Shown here one piece after another: positions 38,850 to 48,895 of a DNA stretch of 64,000 bases. The stretch is taken from positions 48,030 to 112,029 of the forward strand of contig JAZDFF010000011.1 of assembly GCA_043808095.1 (NCBI GenBank), in the 5' to 3' direction. The notes beneath the pieces are model-generated. The model was not told the DNA's origin. It was given only the letters and a program-made list of their open reading frames with translations, and did not search any database. The stretch is from Candidatus Omnitrophota bacterium (GTDB lineage Bacteria; Omnitrophota; Gorgyraeia; JAZDFF01). The translations under genes were made by a program, and so were the position numbers. How positions within the stretch are numbered: position 1 is the first letter of the stretch; each line of letters starts with the position of its first letter.

Positions 38850-39818
38850 CTATTTTAATATAAAGTTAAACAGATATCCGGTAAAGACAATCCCTGTCCC
38901 GACAATCCCGGCAAATAGAACCAATAATTTTACCTTCATTACTTTCTTTAAAATCATAAATTCAGGTAAAGATAGCCCGGTAACAGCCATCATAAATGTC
39001 AGGGTCGTACCCATGCTTACGCCCTTCTCAGTCAAAACGCTTACCAAGGGAATAATGCCTGCGGCATTAGAATATAGCGGAATTCCGATAAGCGTAGCTA
39101 CGGGCACTGCATACCACCTCGTGCCCCCTGCATATCTTGCCAGAAAATCGCTCGGGACATATCCGTGCATCCAGGCGCCCAGGCCTATACCCACAATAAC
39201 ATAAGGCCATACTCCCTTGATTATACAAAGGGTGTATTCCCGGGCTAATCTTATCCTGTCTTTGGACGATAACTTAAGGCCGGCTATAAAAGAATCGGCT
39301 GAAGGCTTAAAGGCGATTTTCTCAATAAGTTTTTCTACCCTCAGTTGCCCGATAATTATGCCCGCAACAATGGCAATAATAAGCCCGCTTACAGCATATA
39401 TTAGCGCTATCTTTAAACCAAACATACCTAATAGCATGACCAGGGCAACCTCGTTTATCATAGGCGAAGAAACCAGGAAAGAAAAAGTAACGCCCAAAGG
39501 GATTCCTGCTTCGAGAAATCCCAGAAAAAGAGGAATAGCGCTACAGGTGCAAAAAGGCGTGATAATCCCGAAAACTGCTGCCAGGATATTTCCCATATAC
39601 TTATTTTTACGGAAGAGTATCTTTCTTATCTTCTCAGGTGGCAGAAATGAGCGGATTATGGATACGGAAAAGATTATTACCGCAAGCAGGAAAAATATCT
39701 TTATTGTGTCATAGATAAAGAAGTTTACTGCCTCAGCGAGCAGCGTCTCAGGCGGGATTGCAAAGATTTTATAGGTTAGCCAATCGGCAAAAATTTTTAC
39801 CGGGTGAAAGATATCCAT
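38850..39818 (-). CDS. DUF318/ArsP-type permease
   Basis: TPFCTCSAIP, FLVSSPMINE, PLYSNAAG, GLSLPE. Confidence 0.88.
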   Translation of the reverse strand: MDIFHPVKIFADWLTYKIFAIPPETLLAEAVNFFIYDTIKIFFLLAVIIFSVSIIRSFLPPEKIRKILFRKNKYMGNILAAVFGIITPFCTCSAIPLFLGFLEAGIPLGVTFSFLVSSPMINEVALVMLLGMFGLKIALIYAVSGLIIAIVAGIIIGQLRVEKLIEKIAFKPSADSFIAGLKLSSKDRIRLAREYTLCIIKGVWPYVIVGIGLGAWMHGYVPSDFLARYAGGTRWYAVPVATLIGIPLYSNAAGIIPLVSVLTEKGVSMGTTLTFMMAVTGLSLPEFMILKKVMKVKLLVLFAGIVGTGIVFTGYLFNFILK

Positions 39819-39991
39819 ATTTTCTATGATACTCCAAACAAAAACCAAATTCAAGCCAGGAAAATATAGGAGTGAATTTATCCTGAGCCCTTCGGCAAGC
39901 TCAGGGTAAACTGAGTCGAGGTATTTCGCAACTGGCTATGCTCGAAAGAGGCTGAAAAACTATACAAAGAAATACTTAATATCTAATGAAG

Positions 39992-40738
39992 TCATCTACC
40001 GGGAACATTTAGCAGCTTTGTTTTCTTCTTTAATATAAAACATGTCAGGTATATGATTAAACCAACTATGAAAAAATATATCCAAGACCTGTGAACTTCA
40101 AATTTGCCATAAAGCAAAAAGTTAGTGCTTACTTCTAAGAAAAAGAAAACAGCTACGATTGAAAAAAAAGTAGAAAATTCTCTTCTGATTACTGTTTTTG
40201 AGGAAAAGGGTAAGTCCGGCTTCTTCCAGTTACTAAAATTGGGAATAAGGACAGGGGTTTTATTTGCCCATTCAATAAACAAAACCCCAAATTTCTTTCT
40301 TAAGAACTCCTCCTCGGAAAAGATTATCCTTTCATAATACAGCCAAAATCCAACCCATACCACTAAAGCGAACCACCATACCTGAATAAACAATGTAATT
40401 CCAAAAACTATAATAAAATTACCCAGATAAATAGGATTTCTTGTGATGGAATACATTCCAGTCGTATTTAAACTTTCCGCTAATTGGGATTTTGTGTTTC
40501 TGCCTGATGTCCCCCTTGGGACATACCCAACTGTAAGACAACGGATACCTAATCCTAAAAACGATATAAAAATCGATAAAGTTTCCCAGCAATCTGCAGC
40601 CCTGTCTCCAAAAATATACTCAAGCACTCTAGCATGCCGCAAGGCAACAATAAATATCGGAATTACCAATAAGGGTAGGTAACTCCTCCATCTGAATAAC
40701 CAATTTCCCTGTTTTTCTATATCTTCTCTTAAGGCCAT
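39992..40738 (-). CDS. Isoprenylcysteine carboxylmethyltransferase family protein (lipid A phosphate methyltransferase LmtA-like)
   Basis: GNWLFRWRSYLP, TSGRNT, LNTTGMYS..RNPIYLGN, EEEFL. Confidence 0.75.
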   Translation of the reverse strand: MALREDIEKQGNWLFRWRSYLPLLVIPIFIVALRHARVLEYIFGDRAADCWETLSIFISFLGLGIRCLTVGYVPRGTSGRNTKSQLAESLNTTGMYSITRNPIYLGNFIIVFGITLFIQVWWFALVVWVGFWLYYERIIFSEEEFLRKKFGVLFIEWANKTPVLIPNFSNWKKPDLPFSSKTVIRREFSTFFSIVAVFFFLEVSTNFLLYGKFEVHRSWIYFFIVGLIIYLTCFILKKKTKLLNVPGR

Positions 40739-40855
40739 TCTTATCCTATTCTAAATTATGAGTTAAGTTTATTATATCCCAGGCAAAAACTAAATTCAAG
40801 CCCGGAAAATATTAGGTGTGAATTCATTAGGTAGGCGTCTGCGCAATGCCAAAAA

Positions 40856-41344
40856 TCAGCGCGCTGCGGGGTCTTTTATCCTGCGGATAAACTCTAATAC
40901 CAGCCAGAGATTATTCTCTTCCTCAGAAAGGCTGCCTGCCTGCTTCTTCTCTAAGATTTCTTTCTGCCTTTCGGGTGAAAGTTCCCTTCTAATAAACTCC
41001 TCTAACATAGCGACAATTGCTTTTTCTTCTTTGCCTTCGAAAGAAAGCGTCTCAGCACCGGATGCCTCAGGATGAACCGCCCCGACATAAACCTGATGTT
41101 TTTTAACGGACAACCTGGCGTCAAGGCAAAACTGGAATGTATTTTCTTCTCTATCTTTTATCACGATACCAATGGTGCCGCCGTCGCGATAATATAAGGC
41201 CTGTTCAAGTTTAAGAGGCCAATGCAAAACAACTGTCCTGCCTGAAAGTGGGATTTCTACTGTTTCCTCCTCCCCGGCCTGGCCTGTGCCTGTAAAGATT
41301 ACCACCGCCAAGATAATCGCAAAGAATATGGCTATTTTCTTCAT
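40856..41344 (-). CDS. Exported hypothetical protein
   Basis: Signal peptide MKKIAIFFAIILAVVIFTGTGQA. Confidence 0.65.
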   Translation of the reverse strand: MKKIAIFFAIILAVVIFTGTGQAGEEETVEIPLSGRTVVLHWPLKLEQALYYRDGGTIGIVIKDREENTFQFCLDARLSVKKHQVYVGAVHPEASGAETLSFEGKEEKAIVAMLEEFIRRELSPERQKEILEKKQAGSLSEEENNLWLVLEFIRRIKDPAAR

Positions 41345-41518
41345 ATATTTATTCTAAAAACCCTCTGCAATATATTCTATTACAGGGGGTTAAGAAGTAA
41401 GGATCCGCTTTGGGACGCAACTGGAGCATGTCGGAGGAAGCGGAGAAATTATACCAGGAACTCATCCCGGTTATTTAAACTACTCCTTTGGTCCGGGACG
41501 GGATACTTATTTCCGTAA

Positions 41519-41971
41519 CTAGGCCTTTTTTTTCGCAATAGCACGAACAATATCTTTCTTCGTAATCACGCCCACTAACCTATCTTTGTCTACCACGGGT
41601 AAATAATAAATCTCCCTTTCAATCATTAAAGTAGCGGCATCCTCTATTTCTACGTCAGGATAGACAGTAACTGTATCTTTTTCCATGATGCTGGATACCT
41701 TGTCTGCCGTAATCTTTTTAATTTCTTCATTGTATCTGTCGGTTCCCAGGGTAAGAAACCCGAAAGTAAGATTGATAAAGGTCGGTAGATGCACTCTTTT
41801 ATCCTGAAAAATCACGCCTTCTTCCTTCACAACTCCCAATAATTTTCCGCTCTTATCTACTACCGGAGCGCCGCTTATGTTTTTCTCCATAAATAATTCT
41901 GCCAATTTGTGAATGCTCATTTCAGGGTCAACCGTAATCACGTTCCTTGTCATTATATCTTTTATCAACAT
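41519..41971 (-). CDS. CBS domain protein
   Basis: MLIKDIMTRNV, ISGAPVVD, LPVVD..RLVGVIT. Confidence 0.9.
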   Translation of the reverse strand: MLIKDIMTRNVITVDPEMSIHKLAELFMEKNISGAPVVDKSGKLLGVVKEEGVIFQDKRVHLPTFINLTFGFLTLGTDRYNEEIKKITADKVSSIMEKDTVTVYPDVEIEDAATLMIEREIYYLPVVDKDRLVGVITKKDIVRAIAKKKA

Positions 41972-42130
41972 AGGCCCTCCTTGTTAATTATCTAATTATA
42001 TCACTTCGATTTAAAAATAGTAAGATAAAAAAACCCTCTGTAGTATAAATTGTCACAGAGGGTAAAAAAGACAAAATTAGGTATGTGTCCCCAGAATTGG
42101 AGAAATTGATTTATATTCCTTTTTAGGTGT

Positions 42131-42535
42131 TCAGTCTTTCTTTATATCCGCTTTTTTAAAAACGTTCTTTACAAAATCCAAATATTCACGGCTATCCTTT
42201 TCACCCACAAAGAATCCGCCGTCATAAAGATTAAAATTGCGTTCCTGTCTCATCTTGTTGCCAAGCACGATGATATCTTCATCTTTCAGTATATAGCTCA
42301 GTTTCTCCATGATCTTAACATGGTGGCCGGTTGTACTTCTTATTTTATGCCCCTTCTTGGCAATTAAAACTATGCCTAATTTTATGAGGGCATCGTAACT
42401 GAATTTGAAAATAACATCCGGAATATCCGATGACTCGGCTATTTGGAGATCATGCAAAGCAGATTTTGAGAATTGCGCAATTTGCTCTTGTTTAAATGGC
42501 AGTTTTTGAAAGTATTGCCTTTCAAAATTAATCAT
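42131..42535 (-). CDS. HEPN-like domain protein (putative toxin partner)
   Basis: A..DL..A, SYDAL, GHH, R..RN...Y; overlaps the MNT gene end. Confidence 0.7.
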   Translation of the reverse strand: MINFERQYFQKLPFKQEQIAQFSKSALHDLQIAESSDIPDVIFKFSYDALIKLGIVLIAKKGHKIRSTTGHHVKIMEKLSYILKDEDIIVLGNKMRQERNFNLYDGGFFVGEKDSREYLDFVKNVFKKADIKKD

Positions 42536-43077
42536 GGGAGCCTTATAGTCTTGGTTTTAAAGATACGGCTTATAAAAGGGTCTTTAGCCTTTTTCTTTGC
42601 GGAAAAATCTTGCGGGCTTAAATTCGTTATATTGAATTCTCTGCCTGTATCCTTCTGCAATTCAGCGATAAGCCTCTGTAAACCCAGAACAGAGTGCGAA
42701 CCAATAGCCAGAATGTCAATATCGCTTGATGAATCCATTTTATTGGTTGCGTATGAGCCGAATATATATGCCTCTTTAATCCCCTTGATATTCCCAAATA
42801 TATCTTTAAGCCTTTTCTCTATGCCGTATGTCTTAAGGAAAATCTGGCGGTAATGCTCTAAAATCGGGTTATCCTTGGCAAGAAAGAAATACCTTTCTTT
42901 CCCGCGGAATTCGCTCTTTAAAAGACCGTTTTTTTCGAATTCCTTAAGCTTGGCCTCGGTGTTTTTGGGATCTAACTCTAAAATCCTTGCCAGTTCGTTA
43001 ATGTATGCTTGAGCATCCGAATTAAGAAAAAAGTAATCCAGCAGTTTTATGGCCACCTTTGAACGTAGGGATATCAT
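42532..43077 (-). CDS. HTH plus minimal nucleotidyltransferase (MNT) protein
   Basis: YINELAR HTH; YIFGSYA...SSDIDIL catalytic motif; probable start MISLRSK at 43077. Confidence 0.85.
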   Translation of the reverse strand: MISLRSKVAIKLLDYFFLNSDAQAYINELARILELDPKNTEAKLKEFEKNGLLKSEFRGKERYFFLAKDNPILEHYRQIFLKTYGIEKRLKDIFGNIKGIKEAYIFGSYATNKMDSSSDIDILAIGSHSVLGLQRLIAELQKDTGREFNITNLSPQDFSAKKKAKDPFISRIFKTKTIRLP

Positions 43078-43090
43078 CTTTTCACCATGT

Positions 43091-43112
43091 TTATGGTAAT
43101 ATGTTACCATAA
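43091..43112. promoter_or_regulatory. Palindromic operator TTATGGTAA-N4-TTACCATAA in front of MNT-HEPN
   Basis: Perfect 9-bp arms downstream of TTGACA (43123-43128, minus strand). Confidence 0.6.
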
Positions 43113-43437
43113 TCGATTATTTTGTCAAGAAGATATTTTGGGGGTGGGCAGGCGCAACAAAGTATCCTTCGACTCAGTTTACCCTGAGCTTGCCGAAGGG
43201 CTCAGGGTGGATTCTCCGCGCCCAAATGGTTAGTCTATCGAACCATAAATGACAACGCCCTTCGCTATCCAAGGCTTACTTTACCACATAATAAAATGGT
43301 GAGCAAGCCCTGAACGAAATGAAGGGCGCGTCGAACCACTCCCCTTCGTGGACGACCTTCGCAACACTTCGACAAGCTCAGTGCAAGCTTTTTTGGAGGA
43401 ATTTAAGAGCTATTGTTTAAGTCAGGAAGCAGAGAGA

Positions 43438-44517
43438 TTACTTGAAGAAATGTCTGGTTCTCAAGCATACTCTCACTAACATTAACATAACTGGCACTTC
43501 AATCAGCACTCCAACAACAGTTGCAAGAGATGCCCCAGAAGATAACCCAAAAAGCATCGCTGATGTGGCAATGGCAACTTCAAAGTGATTACTCGCCCCT
43601 ATCAATGCCGAAGGAGCTGCATCCACGTATGGTAATTTTAACCATTTTGCTAATCCGTATGTTAAGGCAAAAATTAAACAAGTCTGAATAAAAAGTGGTA
43701 TTGCTATTAAAAATATCACCTGAGGTTGTTTTATAATCAATCCCCCCTTAAACGAAAATAAAAGGATAAGCGTAACAAGTAACGCCCCTATAGAGACTGG
43801 CGTTAAATAATGAAGAAATTTTTCTTCAAACCACTTCAACCCTTTTTTGGCAATTATATATTTTCTAGAATGATACCCTAAGAAAAGCGGCAAACCCACA
43901 TAGATAATGACTGATAATACTATTGTCTGCCAGGGAATAGGCATTTTGTTCACCCCTAAAAGCCACCCTCCTAAAGGCGCATAAAGAAATAACATTGTAA
44001 GTGAGTTTATCGCTACCATAACAAGAGTATGCCCATCGTTACCTCTTGCTAAATGACCCCAAACAAGAACCATAGCTGTGCAAGGAGCAATCCCGAGCAA
44101 TATACAGCCAGCAATATAAGAACGGAAAAGCTCAACCTGAGCACCGCCCTTAATGATCTCAACGCCAGGAAGCCAACCCTTAAAGACAAAGCCAAGAAAA
44201 AAAGTGGCAATAGCGAGCATGGTAAAAGGCTTGATACACCAGTTTACAAACAAAGTAAGCAATACTGGCTTAGGCGTCTTTCCCGCTTTAACAACCTCGG
44301 CAAAATCAATCTTCACCATAATCGGATACATCATAAAGAATAGACATATCGCAATGGGAATGGATACTTGATATATCGAAAATTGATCAAGCGTAACAGC
44401 CATCTGAGGAAATAGCTTACCAAGAATTATGCCAAGTCCGATGCAAAGGACTACCCATCCGGTGAGATATTTTTCAAAAAAACCTAATTTTCGTTCTTCG
44501 TAGATAACTCGCTCCAT
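43438..44517 (-). CDS. acr3: Arsenite efflux permease, Acr3 family
   Basis: [42 protein letters not shown]. Confidence 0.92.
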   Translation of the reverse strand: MERVIYEERKLGFFEKYLTGWVVLCIGLGIILGKLFPQMAVTLDQFSIYQVSIPIAICLFFMMYPIMVKIDFAEVVKAGKTPKPVLLTLFVNWCIKPFTMLAIATFFLGFVFKGWLPGVEIIKGGAQVELFRSYIAGCILLGIAPCTAMVLVWGHLARGNDGHTLVMVAINSLTMLFLYAPLGGWLLGVNKMPIPWQTIVLSVIIYVGLPLFLGYHSRKYIIAKKGLKWFEEKFLHYLTPVSIGALLVTLILLFSFKGGLIIKQPQVIFLIAIPLFIQTCLIFALTYGLAKWLKLPYVDAAPSALIGASNHFEVAIATSAMLFGLSSGASLATVVGVLIEVPVMLMLVRVCLRTRHFFK

Positions 44518-44529
44518 AGATTTTTCCTT

Positions 44530-45225
44530 CTACATAAAATTGGTAATGATATAACCCCAGATAAAATAAATTCCGACAAGTATAAAGATAATACCAGTAA
44601 TCTTTCTCGTACATAATTCAAGCGCCGCTACTTTACGGAACCATTTTGAAAAGGACGTTACGCCTATTGTAATACCCAATGCAAATACCACTACAGGAAT
44701 ACCTGTGCCTATACCGTAAAAGAAAGGCAAAATAATTCCATAACTGCTTTTTAACGCGAGAGGAATTAAGCTGCCAAAAAATAATGCCGCAGCGATTGGA
44801 CAGAAAGATAGGGCAAATATTGCTCCGAGCGTAAAAGAACCTTTTATTCCTGATTCGACTAATGCAGTTTGCTTCTGTTGCGAAACTGAGAAAATCGGAA
44901 TGTCCATCTTTATTATATCTAATAGAAACAACCCAACTATCAGTAAAACAGGGCCTAATATTTTGTTGATATATTTCTGCAAGAAATTGGCTGTTGCGGG
45001 AACGCTTGCTAATGAAGTTATGATAACTACCCCTAATACAGCATAAGTAAGCATACGTCCAACGGTATAAGCAATGCTAGATTGCAACACGAGCCTGGGG
45101 TGGCTTATTTTTTTTGATAAGAACGATATAGCTGCTATATTTGTAGCAAGAGGACACGGGCTTATAGAAGTAAGAATACCGAACCATAATGCAAAGACAA
45201 AAGGTAGTATAATCTGAATCATCAC
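44530..45225 (-). CDS. CcdA/DsbD-like membrane protein (ArsG-like)
   Basis: GILTSISPCPLATNIAA, FALSFCP. Confidence 0.8.
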   Translation of the reverse strand: MMIQIILPFVFALWFGILTSISPCPLATNIAAISFLSKKISHPRLVLQSSIAYTVGRMLTYAVLGVVIITSLASVPATANFLQKYINKILGPVLLIVGLFLLDIIKMDIPIFSVSQQKQTALVESGIKGSFTLGAIFALSFCPIAAALFFGSLIPLALKSSYGIILPFFYGIGTGIPVVVFALGITIGVTSFSKWFRKVAALELCTRKITGIIFILVGIYFIWGYIITNFM

Positions 45226-45641
45226 TGATTATCCTTTAAGTAATTATTGATTTCGGTTGTCACGTAGTTAAAGAATTTCCTTTTATCTCTCACATATTCC
45301 CATATCTTCGTAAGATTCTTATGCCGTATTTCTTTACCATTTTCTACGCGTGAGATTATAAGTGATTTCGTATAAAGTTGGTAATCATTCACGAAGTGCT
45401 CATTGCCTTTTTCTTCAACGTTTACTGTCTTAACGACAAGTAAGCCGTTAGCCAATTCATTCTTAAAATTCTCCTCAATTGCCTCCTTTGTATACTGTTC
45501 CATCTTATGACAAGTTGGACAACGGACATTACCGTGAAAATAATAAGCAATTATCTTAGCATCAGCACTAAACGCCAATGTTGCGCCTATTGCTAACACT
45601 ACCGTTAAAATGATTGGTGCGAGAAAACGCTTTATAACCAT
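45222..45641 (-). CDS. Exported thioredoxin-fold protein (ArsF-like)
   Basis: Signal peptide; YYFHGNVRCPTC. Confidence 0.75.
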   Translation of the reverse strand: MVIKRFLAPIILTVVLAIGATLAFSADAKIIAYYFHGNVRCPTCHKMEQYTKEAIEENFKNELANGLLVVKTVNVEEKGNEHFVNDYQLYTKSLIISRVENGKEIRHKNLTKIWEYVRDKRKFFNYVTTEINNYLKDNQ

Positions 45642-45859
45642 TTTCTAATCTCCTCTGCTGATAAAGTTTTTCCTGATGATTTGACTTTACCGTCTATAAC
45701 AAGAGCGGGCGTCATCATAACTCCGTATTCTATAATTTTATCCATATCCTCAACTTTAATAACCTCTGCCTGAACACCTTTTTCTTCAACCGCTTTCTTT
45801 GCGTTTTCATAAAGCATTTTACATTTAGGACAACCCATCCCGAGAATTTCGATTTTCAT
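45632..45859 (-). CDS. Small redox-active disulfide protein (MTH895/TM0996 type)
   Basis: ILGMGCPKC, YGVMMTPAL. Confidence 0.88.
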   Translation of the reverse strand: MKIEILGMGCPKCKMLYENAKKAVEEKGVQAEVIKVEDMDKIIEYGVMMTPALVIDGKVKSSGKTLSAEEIRKWL

Positions 45860-45874
45860 TTTGCCTCCGTTATT

Positions 45875-46657
45875 TTATCTTTTTACGGCAGAAACTTTTA
45901 TGCTTGCTACTGCATCTTGAGCACCCTCAAGATTATCAAACATGGCATCCACCGGATAACTCGATTCGCTGATCACTTTAACATCCTTAAAACCAGCCAT
46001 TGCTATGAATTTTAGATATTCGTCTTTTTTAATCGCGCCGGCAAGGCAACCCACATATGCCTCAACCGATTCTTTGATAGCATCCGATAATTCCTTAACC
46101 AACACCAGATCCGAAACCATCAACCTGCCACCGGGCTTCAATACCCTAAAAGCTTCCTTAAATACCTTATTTTTATCCGGAGAGAGGTTAATAACGCAGT
46201 TTGATATGATCACATCGACCGAGCTATTATCAACCGGCAACTTTTCGATTTCGCCAAGCCTGAATTCTACATTCGTATAGCTGTCTTTTTTGGCATTCGC
46301 TTGTGCTTTTTCAATCATCTCCGGCGTCATATCAACGCCAATGACACGGCCGGCTTTCCCAACTTTAGGAGAAGCCAGAAATACATCAAACCCTGCACCG
46401 CTGCCCAAATCAAGCACCACATCGCCTTCTTTTAAGGATGCGAGTGCTACCGGATTGCCACAACCAAACCCCAGATTCGCGCCTTCAGGAACAGCATTCA
46501 TTTCCACATCGCTATATCCTACCGTCTTACTTATAGTTTTAGCTTGGCTTGTGCCGCTACAACAAGAACTTGAAGAACAACATGAAGTAGTCTGCTTCAC
46601 TGCTTTTGCGTAACCTTCCCTGACAATTTTCTTGATTTCATCTGCTTTTCCTTTCAT
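45875..46657 (-). CDS. arsM: Arsenite S-adenosylmethionine methyltransferase
   Basis: NLGFGCGNP, LDLGSGAGFD, GVDMT, ISNCVINL, GCLAGA. Confidence 0.9.
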   Translation of the reverse strand: MKGKADEIKKIVREGYAKAVKQTTSCCSSSSCCSGTSQAKTISKTVGYSDVEMNAVPEGANLGFGCGNPVALASLKEGDVVLDLGSGAGFDVFLASPKVGKAGRVIGVDMTPEMIEKAQANAKKDSYTNVEFRLGEIEKLPVDNSSVDVIISNCVINLSPDKNKVFKEAFRVLKPGGRLMVSDLVLVKELSDAIKESVEAYVGCLAGAIKKDEYLKFIAMAGFKDVKVISESSYPVDAMFDNLEGAQDAVASIKVSAVKR

Positions 46658-46658
46658 C

Positions 46659-46823
46659 CTATATCCTTTCCCGCTTCATCTTTGAGGCGTTTTCCCTGTT
46701 GATTTGTTTCTTTATCACTTCCTTAACGAAATCCAACGCCCCGTCTTTATCATGATCGATCACAATTTTCTCTACTTTGAGCAAATCATCATCCGTAAGA
46801 TTAATAATCTTTTTATTCGTCAT
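46659..46823 (-). CDS. Small hypothetical protein (54 aa; missed by the ORF track)
   Basis: MTNKKIINLTDDDLLKVEKIVIDHDKDGALDFVKEVIKKQINRENASKMKRERI* fills the operon gap. Confidence 0.6.
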   Translation of the reverse strand: MTNKKIINLTDDDLLKVEKIVIDHDKDGALDFVKEVIKKQINRENASKMKRERI

Positions 46824-46829
46824 TCGTCC

Positions 46830-48002
46830 CTACTTTACGATAAATCCAAAAATCATTCCGCATATAGTTGCCATAACAACAACAAGACCAGCATATACGA
46901 TTGTTTTCTTGGTACCAATAATACCTCGTATAACCAACATGCTGGGTAAACTTAAAGCGGGCCCGGCCAAAAGAAGCGCCAAAGCAGGCCCCTTGCCCAT
47001 ACTTGAGCCGATCAAACCCTGTAAAATTGGCACTTCGGTAAGTGTAGCAAAATACATAAAAGCGGCAACTATCGAAGAAAAGAAATTTGCGCGCAGGGAA
47101 TTACCGCCCACTAGCATTTCAACAAAACTTGAAGGAATAACTCCCTCATGCCCAACTCTACCCAGTAAAAATCCCGAAATGAGCACCCCTCCCAGCAAGA
47201 GAGGAAGAATTTGCAAAGCGAAACCCCATGTTGCAGATGTCCATTCCTTTAATTCTTCTTTCTTGAACCATTTGAAAATCATAAGGGCGAGGCTAAAAAG
47301 AGAAAAACCGGCAATCCACCATTTATATTGGTAAATTAATGACCATATTCCCTGATCGCCCTCAAGAGATTTGCCCCAGTTGGCAAAAACGAGAAAAGCA
47401 ACCATAGAAGCAAAGTACAGAATTGTCTTGCCTAAAGAGCGATTTTCTTTTATCTCGCCTATGGCAAAATCGCCGTTTGCATGGCGCTGTCTTTCTTCTT
47501 TTAAGAATATCAAGTGCATTAATAAGCCGATAACGACGCTAAATAGAACTGCACCTATGGCCCTTGCTAATCCAAGTTGCCAACCAAGGATGCGGGCGGT
47601 AAGAATTATTGCAAGGACATTGATTGCCGGGCCTGAATATAAAAAAGCAATCGCTGGTCCTAAGCCAGCGCCCCTTTTATATATGCCAGCAAAAAGCGGT
47701 AAAACTGTACAAGAACATACTGCAAGGATTGCTCCTGAAACAGAGGCAACGCTGTAAGAAAGGAATTTGTTTGCCTTTACCCCGAAATATTTCATCACCG
47801 AGGCCTGGCTGACAAAAACAGAAATTGCGCCGGCTATAAAGAAAGCTGGCACAAGACACAAAAGCACATGTTCCCGGGCATACCACTTTACCAATGCCAA
47901 AGATTCAAAGATTGGGTTTCTAAAAGGCAAAAGTTCTACCGGCAGAAAGTAACATCCTAAGAATACAGCCAGTATTAAGAAAAACCTATTCTTCTCTTTC
48001 AT
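46830..48002 (-). CDS. DUF318/ArsP-type permease
   Basis: HVLLCLVPAFFIAG, LAVCSCTVLP, FLYSGPAIN, MYFATLTEVP. Confidence 0.88.
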   Translation of the reverse strand: MKEKNRFFLILAVFLGCYFLPVELLPFRNPIFESLALVKWYAREHVLLCLVPAFFIAGAISVFVSQASVMKYFGVKANKFLSYSVASVSGAILAVCSCTVLPLFAGIYKRGAGLGPAIAFLYSGPAINVLAIILTARILGWQLGLARAIGAVLFSVVIGLLMHLIFLKEERQRHANGDFAIGEIKENRSLGKTILYFASMVAFLVFANWGKSLEGDQGIWSLIYQYKWWIAGFSLFSLALMIFKWFKKEELKEWTSATWGFALQILPLLLGGVLISGFLLGRVGHEGVIPSSFVEMLVGGNSLRANFFSSIVAAFMYFATLTEVPILQGLIGSSMGKGPALALLLAGPALSLPSMLVIRGIIGTKKTIVYAGLVVVMATICGMIFGFIVK

Positions 48003-48304
48003 TTCTTTCCTCGCATAATAATCTTACAGCAACCGCCTTCGATTCTTATTGCCTTAACATTTACTAAAGCATCAGCTATTTTTTTATGAGCTGAATCAAC
48101 GATTCTCGAAATAGTAGAACGATGGACTTTCATTTTTTTAGCAATTTTTTCTTGGTCTAACCCTTCTAAATCGCTAAGTCTTATAGACTCAAACTCATCA
48201 ATGGTCAAAATAACCCCTTTTAATTTATTTAATGGTTTGCATTGTGGACGGAAACACCTTTCTCCTGGCTCACATTTAACCCATCTTATTTTTTTAGGTC
48301 TCAT
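47999..48304 (-). CDS. DUF134 family HTH DNA-binding protein
   Basis: MRPKKIRWV, EFESIRL.D, MKVHRST, AHKKIADALV..KAIRIEGG. Confidence 0.88.
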   Translation of the reverse strand: MRPKKIRWVKCEPGERCFRPQCKPLNKLKGVILTIDEFESIRLSDLEGLDQEKIAKKMKVHRSTISRIVDSAHKKIADALVNVKAIRIEGGCCKIIMRGKK

Positions 48305-48326
48305 TTGATCCCCGCTTTTTTATTTC

Positions 48327-48373
48327 GCACATATGTGCATAATAAGTATACCACATGCTATCTTTTCTTGTCA
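48327..48373 (-). promoter_or_regulatory. Promoter TTGACA-N18-TATACT with downstream palindrome GCACATATGTGC
   Basis: 12-bp perfect palindrome at 48327-48338 between the promoter and the DUF134 start. Confidence 0.6.
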
Positions 48374-48895
48374 AATAAAAACCTACCTAATAAACTAGAG
48401 AGGTATCTTGCCAATTTCTTATATAATGCCCAGAAATGCATCCTGATATCGTCGGATTCTGTCAATAATTTCATTATATACAAGCCATTATATAAAAGCC
48501 ATTTTAGAGATACATTGCAAGTAATTGAAAGAAAATTTAACCTGCTCTTTGATAAAAGCTTAAACCCTCCATTTCATTTACTAGAGATAAATCAAGCCAA
48601 TTCCTAGAAAATGGCCATAATAAATCAAAGAAAAATCAAATATCTCAGCTAAAAAGCATTTACTAGGCACCATTTACTAAGATGGCTTTTAGAGATAATT
48701 AGCGCTATATTCGACGAGCTTTGGAAAGTGACTCTGAGATTTTGCAAGGAGGAGTAAATTTGATCGATTGATCTACCCAACAAATAAAAAATAATGCCCC
48801 AACTCTTTAAAACCTAAAGGCATAAAAAAAGCTCTGATTGAATTTGTCAATCAGAGCTTTTGACCTCTCTCGACGGAGAATGAGAGAGAAGAAAC

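Noticed and set aside
48242-48800. ORF 48242..48607 and a possible gene in the AT-rich gap
   Set aside because: It overlaps the DUF134 promoter and has no recognisable motifs; at most a degraded relic.
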